Shown here: positions 10,546 to 20,302 of the stretch, piece after piece | Layout: the number at the start of each line of letters is the position of its first letter | Position numbering within the stretch: position 1 is the stretch's first letter | DNA from: Planctomycetota bacterium | GTDB taxonomy: Bacteria; Planctomycetota; B15-G4 | DNA: 64,000 nt | NCBI GenBank assembly: GCA_965248575.1 | Contig: CBDFJQ010000002.1 | Span: 2,368,001 to 2,432,000 of the forward strand | Direction of reading: 5' to 3' | Program-made: the position numbers and the translations under genes | The notes under the pieces: generated by a model | The model's input: only the letters and a program-made list of their open reading frames with translations | Told to the model about the DNA's origin: nothing | Databases searched by the model: none

Positions 10546-12156
10546 ATGCAAACCGTCATGCTGATGTCTTCCCTCGCAACATGCTTCGCATTGACCTCGT
10601 CGTTCACAGCAGCTGCACAACTGCCCCCGCCTTCAGCGAACACCGAGACGCTCGCATCACCCGTGGACGTCGCACGACCCGATGAAGCCTGCGGCTTCCT
10701 GCACACTGCAGAAGGCGCCCGACAGCACATCGACGCCGTACGCAGCGGCGCTCGCGTCCCGCCCCAGGCGCAACACCCCCATCACATCGTGCCCCGCCAA
10801 AGCGAACAGTACTTGGGGACAGCACCCACTGTCACAGCCGACGACCTCTTCCTCTACGAAGACAGCGCCAGCCTCCTGATCAGCAACTTCGCCGATGGCG
10901 ACCTCTTCGACCTCATGGCCGAAGGCGCGAACGCGCTCATCGCCGAGCGCGGTGACAACTTCGATTTCGTCGGCTACTTCCTGGACTTCGAACCCGATCA
11001 CTTGATCGGAGCGGCCTTCTACCTGCCGCTGGAGAATGACGTCACGGGCATCGGCGACCTGAGCCCATTCGGCGGCGGCAGCACGCTCTTCAATCTGCGC
11101 CCGACCTTTGGCGTCGTCGGCGACCAGATCGAAGGCTTCGTGATGATGTGGGACGTGAACTCTTCCTTCTGGGAGGCAGGATCGGGCCCGGGTGCCGCCT
11201 TCACACGCCTGGCTCTCGGCCAGGAGTTCGAGCACCGCTACGGCCTGTTCCTCGACCCGCTGCTGGACGGTCGCATCATGCAAGGTGACGACAGCTACTG
11301 CGGTCGCTCGGCCCATTGGAACTGGGCGATCGACGGCCAGTTCTCAGGCATGGAGATCGGCGAGTGGCAGGGCACCAGCCCGGCAAATTTCCTGGGTTCC
11401 CTGGGCTTCAACCTCGACATTCCCGGCAGCGTGTTCAGCTACTCCGATCTCTACCTGATGGGCTATGTGAGTGCGGCGGAGATGGATGCGGGCAACAGTG
11501 AACTGCGCTTCATGGAAGGCAGCGACTGCTACAGCCCTCAATTCGGGACCATCAGCAACTTTGACTCCAGCGACATCATCGCGTCCAACGGCCCCCGCGC
11601 GCCCGATGTCACCGGCGAGCAGAAGGACTACCGCACGGGCTGGGTCGTCTTCCATCTCCCCGGGCAGCTTCCAAATGCTGCAGAGACGACCAAGCTCCTG
11701 GGCATCCTCAACCAACACAGCGCGGACTGGAGCACAAGCACGCTCGGCCGCGGCGTCATGGACAACACCTTGCCCGAGCCCATCATCACCTTCAGCGACC
11801 TGGGCGGTGGTTCGCCCGGCGTGAACGGTACGCCGAGCCTGATGGCCAGCGGGGCCCTCACGGGCGGGACTCCGGTCCAGGTGGACCTCGTGAACGGCCC
11901 GCCGAACGAGCTGGCTCTCGCCTGGTTGTCCGGCACCTCAGTCCCGCTGCCCATCTTCGGGGGCACGATCTTCGCCAACCCCTTCGTGTCGCAGTTCCTG
12001 CGAGTCACCGACGGCTCCGGCTCCTTCTCCCAGTCTGCAAGCTGGCCAGCGGGCGTCCCCATGGGCACGGACCTCTATCTGCAGTTCCTGTGCCAGGACC
12101 TGACGGTGCTCTCGAACATCACTTTGTCGAACGCGGTCTTCGCCACCACACCGTGA
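10546..12156 (+). CDS. Secreted zinc-metallopeptidase-like protein (QExxH variant) with C-terminal SNA-ending domain
   Basis: Signal peptide, LGQEFEHRYG, downstream GRSAHWNW and YSDLYLMGY motifs. C-terminal ~120-aa beta-rich domain. Confidence 0.65.
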   Translation: MQTVMLMSSLATCFALTSSFTAAAQLPPPSANTETLASPVDVARPDEACGFLHTAEGARQHIDAVRSGARVPPQAQHPHHIVPRQSEQYLGTAPTVTADDLFLYEDSASLLISNFADGDLFDLMAEGANALIAERGDNFDFVGYFLDFEPDHLIGAAFYLPLENDVTGIGDLSPFGGGSTLFNLRPTFGVVGDQIEGFVMMWDVNSSFWEAGSGPGAAFTRLALGQEFEHRYGLFLDPLLDGRIMQGDDSYCGRSAHWNWAIDGQFSGMEIGEWQGTSPANFLGSLGFNLDIPGSVFSYSDLYLMGYVSAAEMDAGNSELRFMEGSDCYSPQFGTISNFDSSDIIASNGPRAPDVTGEQKDYRTGWVVFHLPGQLPNAAETTKLLGILNQHSADWSTSTLGRGVMDNTLPEPIITFSDLGGGSPGVNGTPSLMASGALTGGTPVQVDLVNGPPNELALAWLSGTSVPLPIFGGTIFANPFVSQFLRVTDGSGSFSQSASWPAGVPMGTDLYLQFLCQDLTVLSNITLSNAVFATTP

Positions 12157-12207
12157 TGCCCTGAGTGCACTGGATGCGCAGCAGGGGCGGCGGCGCCCGA
12201 AGCGACG

Positions 12208-12753
12208 TCAGTCGCGAAACGCCCGTCGCCCCTGTTCGAGCTGCGCGAGCACGTCATCGATGGGAAGACGCCCGCGGACTGCGTTTCCATCGAGGCGCCC
12301 CGCCAGATCCCGCCCCTCGTGATCGTGGATGCGTAGCACGGGGTAGCTCCCCCACGACTCGTCGTAGAATTCATAGGGTTGGCTGCGATCGAGGGTGTCG
12401 ATGAACAGCGGCACGAAGGCCTTGCTGGCTGCGAGGATGCGTGAGTCGCGAAGCGGACCGCTCGCGAAATGCTGGCAACCCTCTCAGCCAGGGTTCTCAC
12501 CGAAGTGCACCCAGAGGGCCTTGTCCTCGGTCCGCGCCACCTCGAGCGCCTGCGCGTAGTCGACATACCAGTCGATCTCACCGATTCGCACCAGCTCAGC
12601 GGAAGCAGCCTCCGCTGGCTCCCTGGCAGCGTCATCTTTGGATGGCCGCGCTTCTTCTGAGTCCATTTGGCAAGCCATCACGAGCAGCCCGATCGACAGC
12701 GCAGCAGACAGCCTACGGGCGGATCGGGCAGGAGCCTTGGGTTCAATCGTCAT
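12208..12753 (-). CDS. Thioredoxin-like selenoprotein (lipoprotein), UxxC active site, Sec at codon 90
   Basis: Reading through TGA at 12484-12486 gives WYVDYAQALEVARTEDKALWVHFGENPG-U-EGCQHFASGPLRDSRILAASKAFVPLFID. This joins ORF-track fragments 12484..13557 and 12208..12414 in one frame. Lipobox-like LVMAC; hairpin directly 3' of the UGA. Confidence 0.85.
12433..12483 (-). promoter_or_regulatory. Candidate bacterial SECIS element
   Basis: After the UGA: UCGCGAGCG-GUC-CGCUUCGCGA hairpin (12467-12446; 9 bp, one bulged U, G-first loop about 25 nt from UGA). Possible lower stem GAGGG.UGC / GCA.UCCUC. Confidence 0.7.
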
Positions 12754-12819
12754 CTGCTCAGTATGCCATTCCAAAGAAGCAAGACCGCTGGGCCCCATCA
12801 CCCGGGGCCCGGCGTTGTT

Positions 12820-14268
12820 ATGGTCCCCCCCGTGTCCGCGACCTTTGAATCCCTTGGCTTGTCCTCCACGCATCTCGCCGTGCTCGGTGAGCTGGGCTAC
12901 AGCCAACCGACACCCATCCAAACCGCCAGCATCCCCGAGCTCCTCGCGGGCAAGGACCTGATCGGGCAGTCGATGACCGGGAGCGGCAAAACCGCCGCCT
13001 TCGCCCTGCCGATCCTGCAGAAGCTCGACATGGAGGCACGTTCGCTCCAGGCACTGGTGCTCTGTCCGACCCGGGAGCTCTGTGCCCAGGTCGCCCGGGA
13101 GATCCGGAAGCTGGGCCGCAAGCAGGCGGGCCTGGCCGTCCTGGAGGTGGTCGGGGGCCAACCCATGTGGCGCCAGCTGGACGCACTGCGAAGGGGAGTG
13201 CACCTTGTCGTGGGAACCCCTGGCCGTCTGATCGACCACTTGCAACGCGGCAGCCTGGGCACCCAGGACATCCAGACCGTCGTGCTGGACGAAGCGGACC
13301 GCATGCTGGACATGGGATTCGGAGCGGACGTCGAGTCGATCCTGCAAGCGCTCCCTGCGGAGCGACAGACCGCACTCTTCTCGGCAACCTTCCCCTCCTC
13401 CATCGAGGCGCTCTGCCGCAAACTGCAGCGCAACGCAACACGGGTGTCCATTGACAGCCCCAGCGAGCGCTCGCCCGAAATCCACCAACTGCGGCTCGAA
13501 GCCGAGGGGCACGAGAGCTTCCATGCCCTGTGCTGGTTGCTCCACAAATATCCGCATGACTCAGCGCTGATCTTCTGCAATTACAAGACCACGGTGTTGG
13601 AGCTGGCCCGGGCGCTCTCTGCGTCGGGTCTCAGCGCGGGCCGACTCGACGGCGACCTGGATCAGTACGAACGCGACCAGGTGCTGGCCAGGTTTCGCAA
13701 CCAGAGTGTGAGGATCCTCGTCGCCACAGATGTCGCCGGGCGCGGTATCGACGTCTCGGGCCTGGACCTGGTCATCAACTACGAGTTGCCCGCCCAGCCG
13801 GACGACTATGTGCACCGCATCGGGCGCACCGGTAGGGCGGGCAAGGCAGGGCTGGCCGTTGCCCTGACCATGCAGGGTCAGGAGGAACGGGTCAGCGCGA
13901 TCCAGAATCTCACCGGAGTGAAGCTGGAACGGCTCACCCGCAACGCCGGAAACGACCCTGGCCTCCCACGGCTGATCGAGAAGATCGCTCGAAACTCCAG
14001 CATGATGACGATCCTCATATCCGCCGGACGGAAGGACAAGGTCCGCCCGGGAGACATCCTGGGCGCCTTGACCGGGGAGGCCGGGGGGCTCGAGGCCAAG
14101 GATGTCGGGAAGATCGAGATCCACGACCGCCTCTCGTATGTCGCGATCGCAAGCCCCGTCGCACGACATGCGACCCAACAACTCAACGTCGGCCGCCTGA
14201 AGCGCCGACGTGTGAAGGCCACGCTCATCACGGGTCTGGAACAGGACCGTCCACGCCGTGGCCGCTGA
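12820..14268 (+). CDS. dbpA: ATP-dependent DEAD-box RNA helicase DbpA
   Basis: Q motif [36 protein letters not shown]-terminal DbpA RNA-binding domain [15 protein letters not shown]. Start 12820 (ATG) or 12832 (GTG). Confidence 0.92.
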   Translation: MVPPVSATFESLGLSSTHLAVLGELGYSQPTPIQTASIPELLAGKDLIGQSMTGSGKTAAFALPILQKLDMEARSLQALVLCPTRELCAQVAREIRKLGRKQAGLAVLEVVGGQPMWRQLDALRRGVHLVVGTPGRLIDHLQRGSLGTQDIQTVVLDEADRMLDMGFGADVESILQALPAERQTALFSATFPSSIEALCRKLQRNATRVSIDSPSERSPEIHQLRLEAEGHESFHALCWLLHKYPHDSALIFCNYKTTVLELARALSASGLSAGRLDGDLDQYERDQVLARFRNQSVRILVATDVAGRGIDVSGLDLVINYELPAQPDDYVHRIGRTGRAGKAGLAVALTMQGQEERVSAIQNLTGVKLERLTRNAGNDPGLPRLIEKIARNSSMMTILISAGRKDKVRPGDILGALTGEAGGLEAKDVGKIEIHDRLSYVAIASPVARHATQQLNVGRLKRRRVKATLITGLEQDRPRRGR

Positions 14269-14485
14269 GCAACCCAACAACCCGTTGCACGGCATCACCC
14301 TGAAGGCCATCGTCGAGGACCTCGTCGAGCGCCGTGGCTGGGATGATCTCGCGTTCCGCATCGACATCAACTGCTTCAAGCAGGACCCGAGCATCTCGTC
14401 GACCCTGAAGTTCCTGCGCAAGACCGAGTGGGCGCGCAAGAAAGTTGAACGGCTCTATCTGGCTGACAAACGCCAGGGGCGTTGA
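14258..14485 (+). CDS. VF530/DUF2132-family small DNA-binding protein
   Basis: NNPLHGITL...GW..L...I.INCF..DPSI.S.LKFLRKT.WAR.KVE.LYL signature; overlaps the dbpA stop. Confidence 0.85.
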   Translation: MAAEQPNNPLHGITLKAIVEDLVERRGWDDLAFRIDINCFKQDPSISSTLKFLRKTEWARKKVERLYLADKRQGR

Positions 14486-14583
14486 AGGTGCCGGGGGCAG
14501 GCTTTGATTCAGGACGCGGGAGTCGAGGCCTCATGGCCTAAGCTCTGGGAAACGAGTGCTCGCCGAATCGGATACGAGAAGCC

Positions 14584-15363
14584 ATGGCCACGTCAGCTCC
14601 GGATTCCCAGAACATCGCCGTCTTCATCGACCTCGAAAATGTCGCGATCGGCGTCCGCGATGCCAAGTTCAAGACCTTCGACATCGACGTGGTCTTCCGG
14701 CGCCTCGTGGACAAGGGCAACATCCTGGTGCGCAAGGCGTACGCCGACTGGAGCAAGTTCGCTGAGTACAAGCGCCCCCTGCACGAGGCAGGCGTCGAGC
14801 TCATCGACATGCCGGGCAGCAAGCTGACGGGCAAGAACAGCGCCGACATCAAGATGGTGGTGGATGCCCTGGAGCTGTCGTTCAGCAAGGAGCACATCGA
14901 CACCTTCGCGCTCATCAGCGGCGACTCGGACTTCACGCCCTTGGTTTCCAAGTTGCGGGAGAACAACAAGCACACCATTGCGGTGGGCGTGAAGAACTCG
15001 ACCAGCAAGTTGCTGATCGACATGTGCGATGAGTTCATCTACTACGACGACCTGGCCCGCGCCAAGACCGCCAAGACCAAGAAGACTTCCGGGCTGCCGC
15101 GTCTGCCCAAGAAGACGCAGGAGGCCTTCGTGCTGCTCATGGACGCCGTGGCTGCCCTGCAACGCGAGAACCGGGAGATGCACGGTTCGCTGGTGAAGGA
15201 GACCATGAAGCGCAAGCAGCCCCAGTTCAGCGAGGAGTACCACGGATACCGCTCATTCGGGAAGCTGCTCGAGGACGCCCAGAAGCACAAGCTGATCACC
15301 CTCAAGAAGGGCAACCGGAGCGGTACCTGGGTCATCGACGAGGTGCTCGAGGACAGCGTCTAG
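14584..15363 (+). CDS. NYN-domain (PIN-like) ribonuclease with C-terminal OST-HTH/LOTUS domain
   Basis: IAVFIDLEN, GKNSADIKMVVDAL, ISGDSDFTPLV; C-terminal FSEEYHGYRSFGKLLE. Confidence 0.9.
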   Translation: MATSAPDSQNIAVFIDLENVAIGVRDAKFKTFDIDVVFRRLVDKGNILVRKAYADWSKFAEYKRPLHEAGVELIDMPGSKLTGKNSADIKMVVDALELSFSKEHIDTFALISGDSDFTPLVSKLRENNKHTIAVGVKNSTSKLLIDMCDEFIYYDDLARAKTAKTKKTSGLPRLPKKTQEAFVLLMDAVAALQRENREMHGSLVKETMKRKQPQFSEEYHGYRSFGKLLEDAQKHKLITLKKGNRSGTWVIDEVLEDSV

Positions 15364-15591
15364 CCGGACGTGCGCGTCGAGCGCGCGACTCACGAGGCTC
15401 ACAGGGCCGGCCCCTGCTCCGCCAGCGGCGGTCAGACGGCGTGGCGGAGGGCAAGCCCGACGTCGCAGCCACGAATCCTGATGTGTACCACCGAAAAAGC
15501 GCAGGACATCGCGCTTCGATCGAGGCACGATACGGGCTTACGTCACGGCATGCGCGCCGTGCAACCGACTGAACGAAAGGACCTTCTGACG

Positions 15592-15915
15592 ATGAAGAAA
15601 TGTCTCGCAGTGCTCGTTCTCGCTCTCGCCATCATCCCCATGACGGGCTGCAACTCTGGTCCGAAGCGTCTCAGCCGTACTTGGGACGACTGGACCAACC
15701 AGGCCTACACCGAAAACGCCTGGGTCCATGGTGCGCTTCTCCAGGACGTCATCCCCGTCTACCCAATCGTGGGATTCTTCATGGCTATCGGCGACATCCT
15801 GGTCGTCAACCCTTGGTACTTCTGGTCGAGTGACGCCTGGGACAACAACGGTACGGGCTACGACCACGTGAACCCTGAGGGCACGGACAAGACGGTGACC
15901 GGCTACTGGAACTGA
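15592..15915 (+). CDS. Small lipoprotein (DUF3332-like)
   Basis: MKK + hydrophobic stretch + MTGC lipobox; IPVYPIVGFFMAIGDILVVNPWYFW segment; AAAGGA RBS upstream. Confidence 0.65.
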   Translation: MKKCLAVLVLALAIIPMTGCNSGPKRLSRTWDDWTNQAYTENAWVHGALLQDVIPVYPIVGFFMAIGDILVVNPWYFWSSDAWDNNGTGYDHVNPEGTDKTVTGYWN

Positions 15916-15952
15916 TCGTCGCCGACACCGCTCTGATCCAAGAGTTTCATCG

Positions 15953-15998
15953 AGCCCGGGCGACGCCTCCATGGGGTGTCGCCCGGGCTTGCGTTTTT
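15953..15998 (+). terminator. Rho-independent terminator
   Basis: AGCCCGGGCGAC(G)CC / GG(T)GTCGCCCGGGCT stem followed by GCGTTTTT, between convergent genes. Confidence 0.75.
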
Positions 15999-16008
15999 CT
16001 CCGGATGC

Positions 16009-17232
16009 TCAGCTGTCCAGGTAGCCGACGAAGCCAGGCATGCCGTCGAAGAGTTCGCTTGCCTTCCAGCCGAGCCAGCGCTCTGCGGCCTCCCCGAAAA
16101 CCGACCGCTGGTCGATGCGCGATCGCACATCTCCATCCTCCAGCGTGACCAGATCGGTGGGAGGCCCGTGCAGGCCGCCCATCACGCCGCCCCCGAGGGC
16201 GAACAGGGGTGCCGCCGCCCCGTGGTCGGTTCCCCCGCTTCCGTTCTCGGCCACTCGTCGCCCGAACTCGCTGTAGATCAGCAGCAGGGTCCTGCGGTGC
16301 GAATCGTCCCTTTGCAGGTCACTCATGAATGCCGTGGTCGCGCTGGCCACCTGCCCCAACAGGGCTGCATGGGTCCCCGCCTGGACGGCGTGCGTGTCGA
16401 AGCCGCCCAAGCTGGTCCACTGCACGCGCGGGCCACCTTCGGCGCGCACGAGCCTGGCGGCCATGGAGAGGCGCTGGCCAAGAGGGTTGTCCGGATAGCC
16501 GCCACCCGTGGGCACGTTCTCCAGCAAGTCCTCGATACGGGCCGAGAGCTCGTACGCTCCCCGGGCCACCTGCGACACACGCGATCCGAGCGCCGAACGC
16601 GCAGCCTGGCCAGAACCAGGTGGCGCGGCCAACGCATGCACATCGGTCCCGGAACCTGAGGGAGCAGCCGGAACAGCGAGGGCGTCCAGCGCACCAAGGG
16701 TCAGCCCCGTACGTCGTCGCCCCTTCAGGATGAGAGGCGCTTCCTCCGCACCCAACGCGATGCCGGGCAGTGAATCGGCCCTGCCTTCATCCAGGGCACG
16801 CCCCACCCAGCCAGTCCCGCGGTCGGCTTCTGCTCGCCGCCCCGCGTGCAGGATGTCGCGCGCGACGAAGTGCGAACGGTCAGGTCGCTCGAGCCCAACG
16901 TCCCGCAGAATGGCCAGGTGGCCCTCGTCGTACACACGCGCCCAGGGCGAAAGCGAGGGGTGCAACCCCGTCAGCTCGTCCAAGGGGACCAGGCTGTCCT
17001 TGGCCAGGGCGAGGCGCGGGCGCGCGCGGCGGTAGACGTCGTCTTCAAAGGGCACGACGGTGTTGAGCCCATCGTTGCCACCCTCCAGGAACAACAACAC
17101 CAAGCGCTTGTCATGAGCGCTGGGCAGTGCTCGCCCAGGAACCAGTGAACGCCAGGGAAGGGCGGGGAGCACGCTGGCAGAAGCGCTGGCTGCCAAGAGC
17201 TGAAGCGCACGTCGGCGAGAGAGGTTCGTCAT
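16009..17232 (-). CDS. DUF1501 family protein with Tat signal
   Basis: SRRRALQL twin-arginine signal; LVLLFLEGGNDGLNTVVP, GGFDTH, SEFGRRVAEN, GTDHG. Confidence 0.88.
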   Translation of the reverse strand: MTNLSRRRALQLLAASASASVLPALPWRSLVPGRALPSAHDKRLVLLFLEGGNDGLNTVVPFEDDVYRRARPRLALAKDSLVPLDELTGLHPSLSPWARVYDEGHLAILRDVGLERPDRSHFVARDILHAGRRAEADRGTGWVGRALDEGRADSLPGIALGAEEAPLILKGRRRTGLTLGALDALAVPAAPSGSGTDVHALAAPPGSGQAARSALGSRVSQVARGAYELSARIEDLLENVPTGGGYPDNPLGQRLSMAARLVRAEGGPRVQWTSLGGFDTHAVQAGTHAALLGQVASATTAFMSDLQRDDSHRRTLLLIYSEFGRRVAENGSGGTDHGAAAPLFALGGGVMGGLHGPPTDLVTLEDGDVRSRIDQRSVFGEAAERWLGWKASELFDGMPGFVGYLDS

Positions 17233-18593
17233 GAGAGATGAGCCTCCGGCAGGCAAAGAGCAGCGTGGATCAGGTCCCTGCGGTGGTCAGTCGCTGAATC
17301 GTGCGCAGGCACGGCCGTTCGGAGGGCAGCGGCGCAGGAGTGCTCCAGATCTCCGAGGCCCGCGAGTTCCAGGGCGCGCCGCACGTCGTTTCCTTCGGAT
17401 GCCTTGCCGAACAAGCGTGACAGGACTCCGCCCCCCGATTCGGCGAAGAGCTCCTGGATGCGCTCGGCGCCCAGGGAACTCGCGTGACGGGAGGCGAAAC
17501 GCGTCCGGGCGATCCACGCGGCTGCGTGAATCCACGCTTCGCCACCTGCCCAACCTTGCACTCCTGGCGGCTCGAAGAGTTTCTGGCCCATTTCTTCACA
17601 GGCCGTGGCCGCCTGCCGGTAGTTGGGGTGGCCACCCGATGCTCGCAACGCCCCGACCACCCATTCCACGGGGGACTTCACGAGCGAGCGCTGGGCGTCT
17701 GCCGAATAGAAAGCCTTCGAGTGGAACAGCAACTTCAACAGTTTGCCGAGCTCCAGCTCTGGTCCCCACTGCTCCACGACCCGCGCCAGCACCTCCGGAG
17801 GCGGCTCCGGCGAAACATAGGCACGCCAGACCTTGTCGGCCAGGAAGGTCGCACAGCGGGCGGAGCTGGTGGCGACCTGGCACAGGTCATCGCCAACTTG
17901 GATCGCGGTGCCCAGCACATGCTTCTCGCGCGGGTCGTGATGGTCGGCAACCATCTGGAAGGCACCGGCGCGGATCGTCCAACCTGTCAGGGCGCGCGCC
18001 GCCTCCTTGACGTCCTGTTCGCTGTAGTGCCCCACGCCGAGGGTGAAGAGTTCGAGCACCTCGCGGGCGAGGTTCTCGTTCGGTGCACTGCGACGGTTCT
18101 TGTCGCCGTCCAGGAAGCGAAGCATCGCGGGGCCCCGCAGCACCTCTCGCAGCAGGGAACCGAAGGGCCCACTCCCATGACGCACGAACAACTGATGCTG
18201 ATCAAGGAGCGCACCCAGGTCCTCGACTTTCGACTGGGTGCAGGCGAAGTGATCATGCAGAAACAGCGCGAGCCTGCTTCCCGTGGCCCGTTGGTCACTG
18301 ACCAGCTTCATGATCCACCAAGCAGCCAGGTCCTCTCGCCCACCGCCTCGCGCCAGGGTGGCCCCGGTGTGTGCCCATCCTCGCTCCACGGCAGAATCCC
18401 CGTGGATAAAGAGGCGATCCACGGCATGACTGGGCGAGAGAGCCACGCACTCGGCGAGCTCGAGCGGGCTGTAGCCGCCCAACGCACGACGAAGCAGGTG
18501 CGCCGCCTGTGCCGGGGACCACGGCCCGTCATAGGCAGCCAGGGCCTCTGCAGGGTCCTCAGGTAGCGCGACGCCTCTCACCGCCTGGCTCAC
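17229..18593 (-). CDS. DUF1800 family protein
   Basis: AHLLRRA, LFLHDHFA, PNENLAREVLELFTLG, AARALTGW, KSPVEW. GTG start overlaps the upstream stop (GTGA). Confidence 0.88.
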   Translation of the reverse strand: MSQAVRGVALPEDPAEALAAYDGPWSPAQAAHLLRRALGGYSPLELAECVALSPSHAVDRLFIHGDSAVERGWAHTGATLARGGGREDLAAWWIMKLVSDQRATGSRLALFLHDHFACTQSKVEDLGALLDQHQLFVRHGSGPFGSLLREVLRGPAMLRFLDGDKNRRSAPNENLAREVLELFTLGVGHYSEQDVKEAARALTGWTIRAGAFQMVADHHDPREKHVLGTAIQVGDDLCQVATSSARCATFLADKVWRAYVSPEPPPEVLARVVEQWGPELELGKLLKLLFHSKAFYSADAQRSLVKSPVEWVVGALRASGGHPNYRQAATACEEMGQKLFEPPGVQGWAGGEAWIHAAAWIARTRFASRHASSLGAERIQELFAESGGGVLSRLFGKASEGNDVRRALELAGLGDLEHSCAAALRTAVPAHDSATDHRRDLIHAALCLPEAHLS

Positions 18594-20302
18594 CGGCTCG
18601 TCATCGCAAACGAGAGCTCGAATCGATCGCTCTGCAAACCCGCATCCAACTGCACATCGTCGAACAGCTCGGTCGCAGCAAACAAGCGCTCCACGAAACC
18701 CTGCGCAGCGAGCAGGTCTCCACCATCCTCCAGCAGGCGCTGTGCGAAGAATATCTCCTCGTTGGCCTCGATCAATTGGCGGGTGGGCCCCATGTCGATT
18801 CGCAGCGTGTCCCGGTCGACCTCGACCACGTGCGTCTCTGCCGCCGCGATATCCTCTAGCAGCGCTGCGCTGCTCCCGAGCCACAGACGACCGTCCCGAT
18901 GCACGAGCAAACCGGGACTCAGGTTGGCCCGGGCCGTTCGCTTGGGCGCCTCGCCCGCTGACTCCCGGTAGCGAGCCGCATAGAGCCGCGAGCCGTCGTC
19001 GAGCAACTCCATGTCCGGCTGCAGCATGGAGCGCGTGGCGTCGTTCCCTCCATCGAAGTTGGTGAAGGTCACCACCGCGAAGAAGGCATTGACGAAAGCC
19101 TGGTGGTAGTCCTCCGGGTGCCCGCTGCGCGGAGTGAGGCCGAGCGCACCAGCCGGAAACTCGGGCTCCGGCGCGGCTCGATCGAAGCGGTTCCGGTCCA
19201 GCACCAACACCAGCTCCGGCTCAAGCCAGGCCATGATCTCCGAGCCGAGATCGCGCTGAAAGACAACGCTCAGATTTCCATCCGCCTCGATGGATTCGGC
19301 GACACCACCTTCGGACACAAAGTCGTCCCGGGCCGTCCACCACGGACCCAGGTCACGCTGGAAGATCAGGGTGGCCAGGCGAGAGGAGGTCTTGGGCAGG
19401 GCAACCGTGGTAGGCGCGGGCAAGAGCGGCGCATGGGTTCGGCGCAATTCCTCCGGAACGGCGGGAGTCAGAGCGTAGGCAGAGAGCCCGGCCTCACCGA
19501 ACTCCAGTTTGGCGGCTGCCCACGGTGCCGTGCGCAGAGCCGCTGACAACCCACCCACCAGGAAAGAGGCCGCCACATCCTGAGCCTTCTCAGGAATCCC
19601 AGGAGATGTCTGGAAGGCGGCGCCCCGAGCCCAGACGCGGATGTCACCATTCCCCAACATGCTGCGCGCCGAGCGATAGTCGGGATCGCCCGCCAGGGAC
19701 GTCTCGCCCGCCCCCACATCGTTCAGCGCCTCAGCGGAGCTGCCCACGAGAAAGAGGTCGTCACGCCGCTCCACAAGCACCTCGCCCAAGGGAAGGCGCC
19801 ACTCAGCCCCTGAGACTCGCGTGGTACCCAGGGTCATCAAGGTGAGCAGACCATTGAAGGCCCGCTGCACGGCTTCTGCGTTCCGCGCGCGAAAGAGGAC
19901 GAGCGTCTGCGGCTGCTCGCTCCCAGCCGCAGGGGGCAGGAGCCCCAGAGCAGAACCGCCACCGGTGAGCGCGTCCACCAACTCCAGCTCGGTAGTCCCG
20001 GCAGCTGCGGCCAGGGCGGTCAACCCGGTGAGAGCCTTTTGGATCTCAGGAGATGTGTCCACCGCCTCACCGAGGGGACCGGCTTCGAAGCGCAGCCACG
20101 CGGGAAGCGCCATGAGCTTTCCCAAGGACGCACCCAGGTCCGAAGCGTCCACCGCGATCAACGTCTCGACGGGCAGCAGTGTGACCAGGCTGTGGTCTGC
20201 GGCCTGCCGGGATGCCCTCGCTGAGTCCTGAGCTGAGAGGGGAACGGCTGCCGTGAGCAGCATGAGAGCGAGAGAGAAGACGACGTTCGCGCGGCGCATC
20301 AT
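18590..20302 (-). CDS. Secreted hypothetical protein, first gene of the DUF1800-DUF1501 operon
   Basis: GGGAG RBS, signal peptide ending PLSAQD; translationally coupled to the DUF1800 gene. Confidence 0.7.
   Translation of the reverse strand: MMRRANVVFSLALMLLTAAVPLSAQDSARASRQAADHSLVTLLPVETLIAVDASDLGASLGKLMALPAWLRFEAGPLGEAVDTSPEIQKALTGLTALAAAAGTTELELVDALTGGGSALGLLPPAAGSEQPQTLVLFRARNAEAVQRAFNGLLTLMTLGTTRVSGAEWRLPLGEVLVERRDDLFLVGSSAEALNDVGAGETSLAGDPDYRSARSMLGNGDIRVWARGAAFQTSPGIPEKAQDVAASFLVGGLSAALRTAPWAAAKLEFGEAGLSAYALTPAVPEELRRTHAPLLPAPTTVALPKTSSRLATLIFQRDLGPWWTARDDFVSEGGVAESIEADGNLSVVFQRDLGSEIMAWLEPELVLVLDRNRFDRAAPEPEFPAGALGLTPRSGHPEDYHQAFVNAFFAVVTFTNFDGGNDATRSMLQPDMELLDDGSRLYAARYRESAGEAPKRTARANLSPGLLVHRDGRLWLGSSAALLEDIAAAETHVVEVDRDTLRIDMGPTRQLIEANEEIFFAQRLLEDGGDLLAAQGFVERLFAATELFDDVQLDAGLQSDRFELSFAMTSR

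Noticed and set aside
12484..12486. Genome-wide TGA reassignment (Trp/Gly) or a simple nonsense pseudogene as the explanation for the in-frame TGA
   Set aside because: Many genes here end in TGA with GTGA/TTGA/TGATG coupling, so TGA is a normal stop. The TGA sits exactly at the first Cys position of CxxC and is followed by a hairpin, which favours Sec, although a pseudogene cannot be formally excluded.
12484..13557. 357-aa minus-strand ORF as listed in the ORF track
   Set aside because: The first ~268 codons are the antisense shadow of dbpA. Only the part from ATG 12753 is protein-like, and it continues through the TGA as the selenoprotein.
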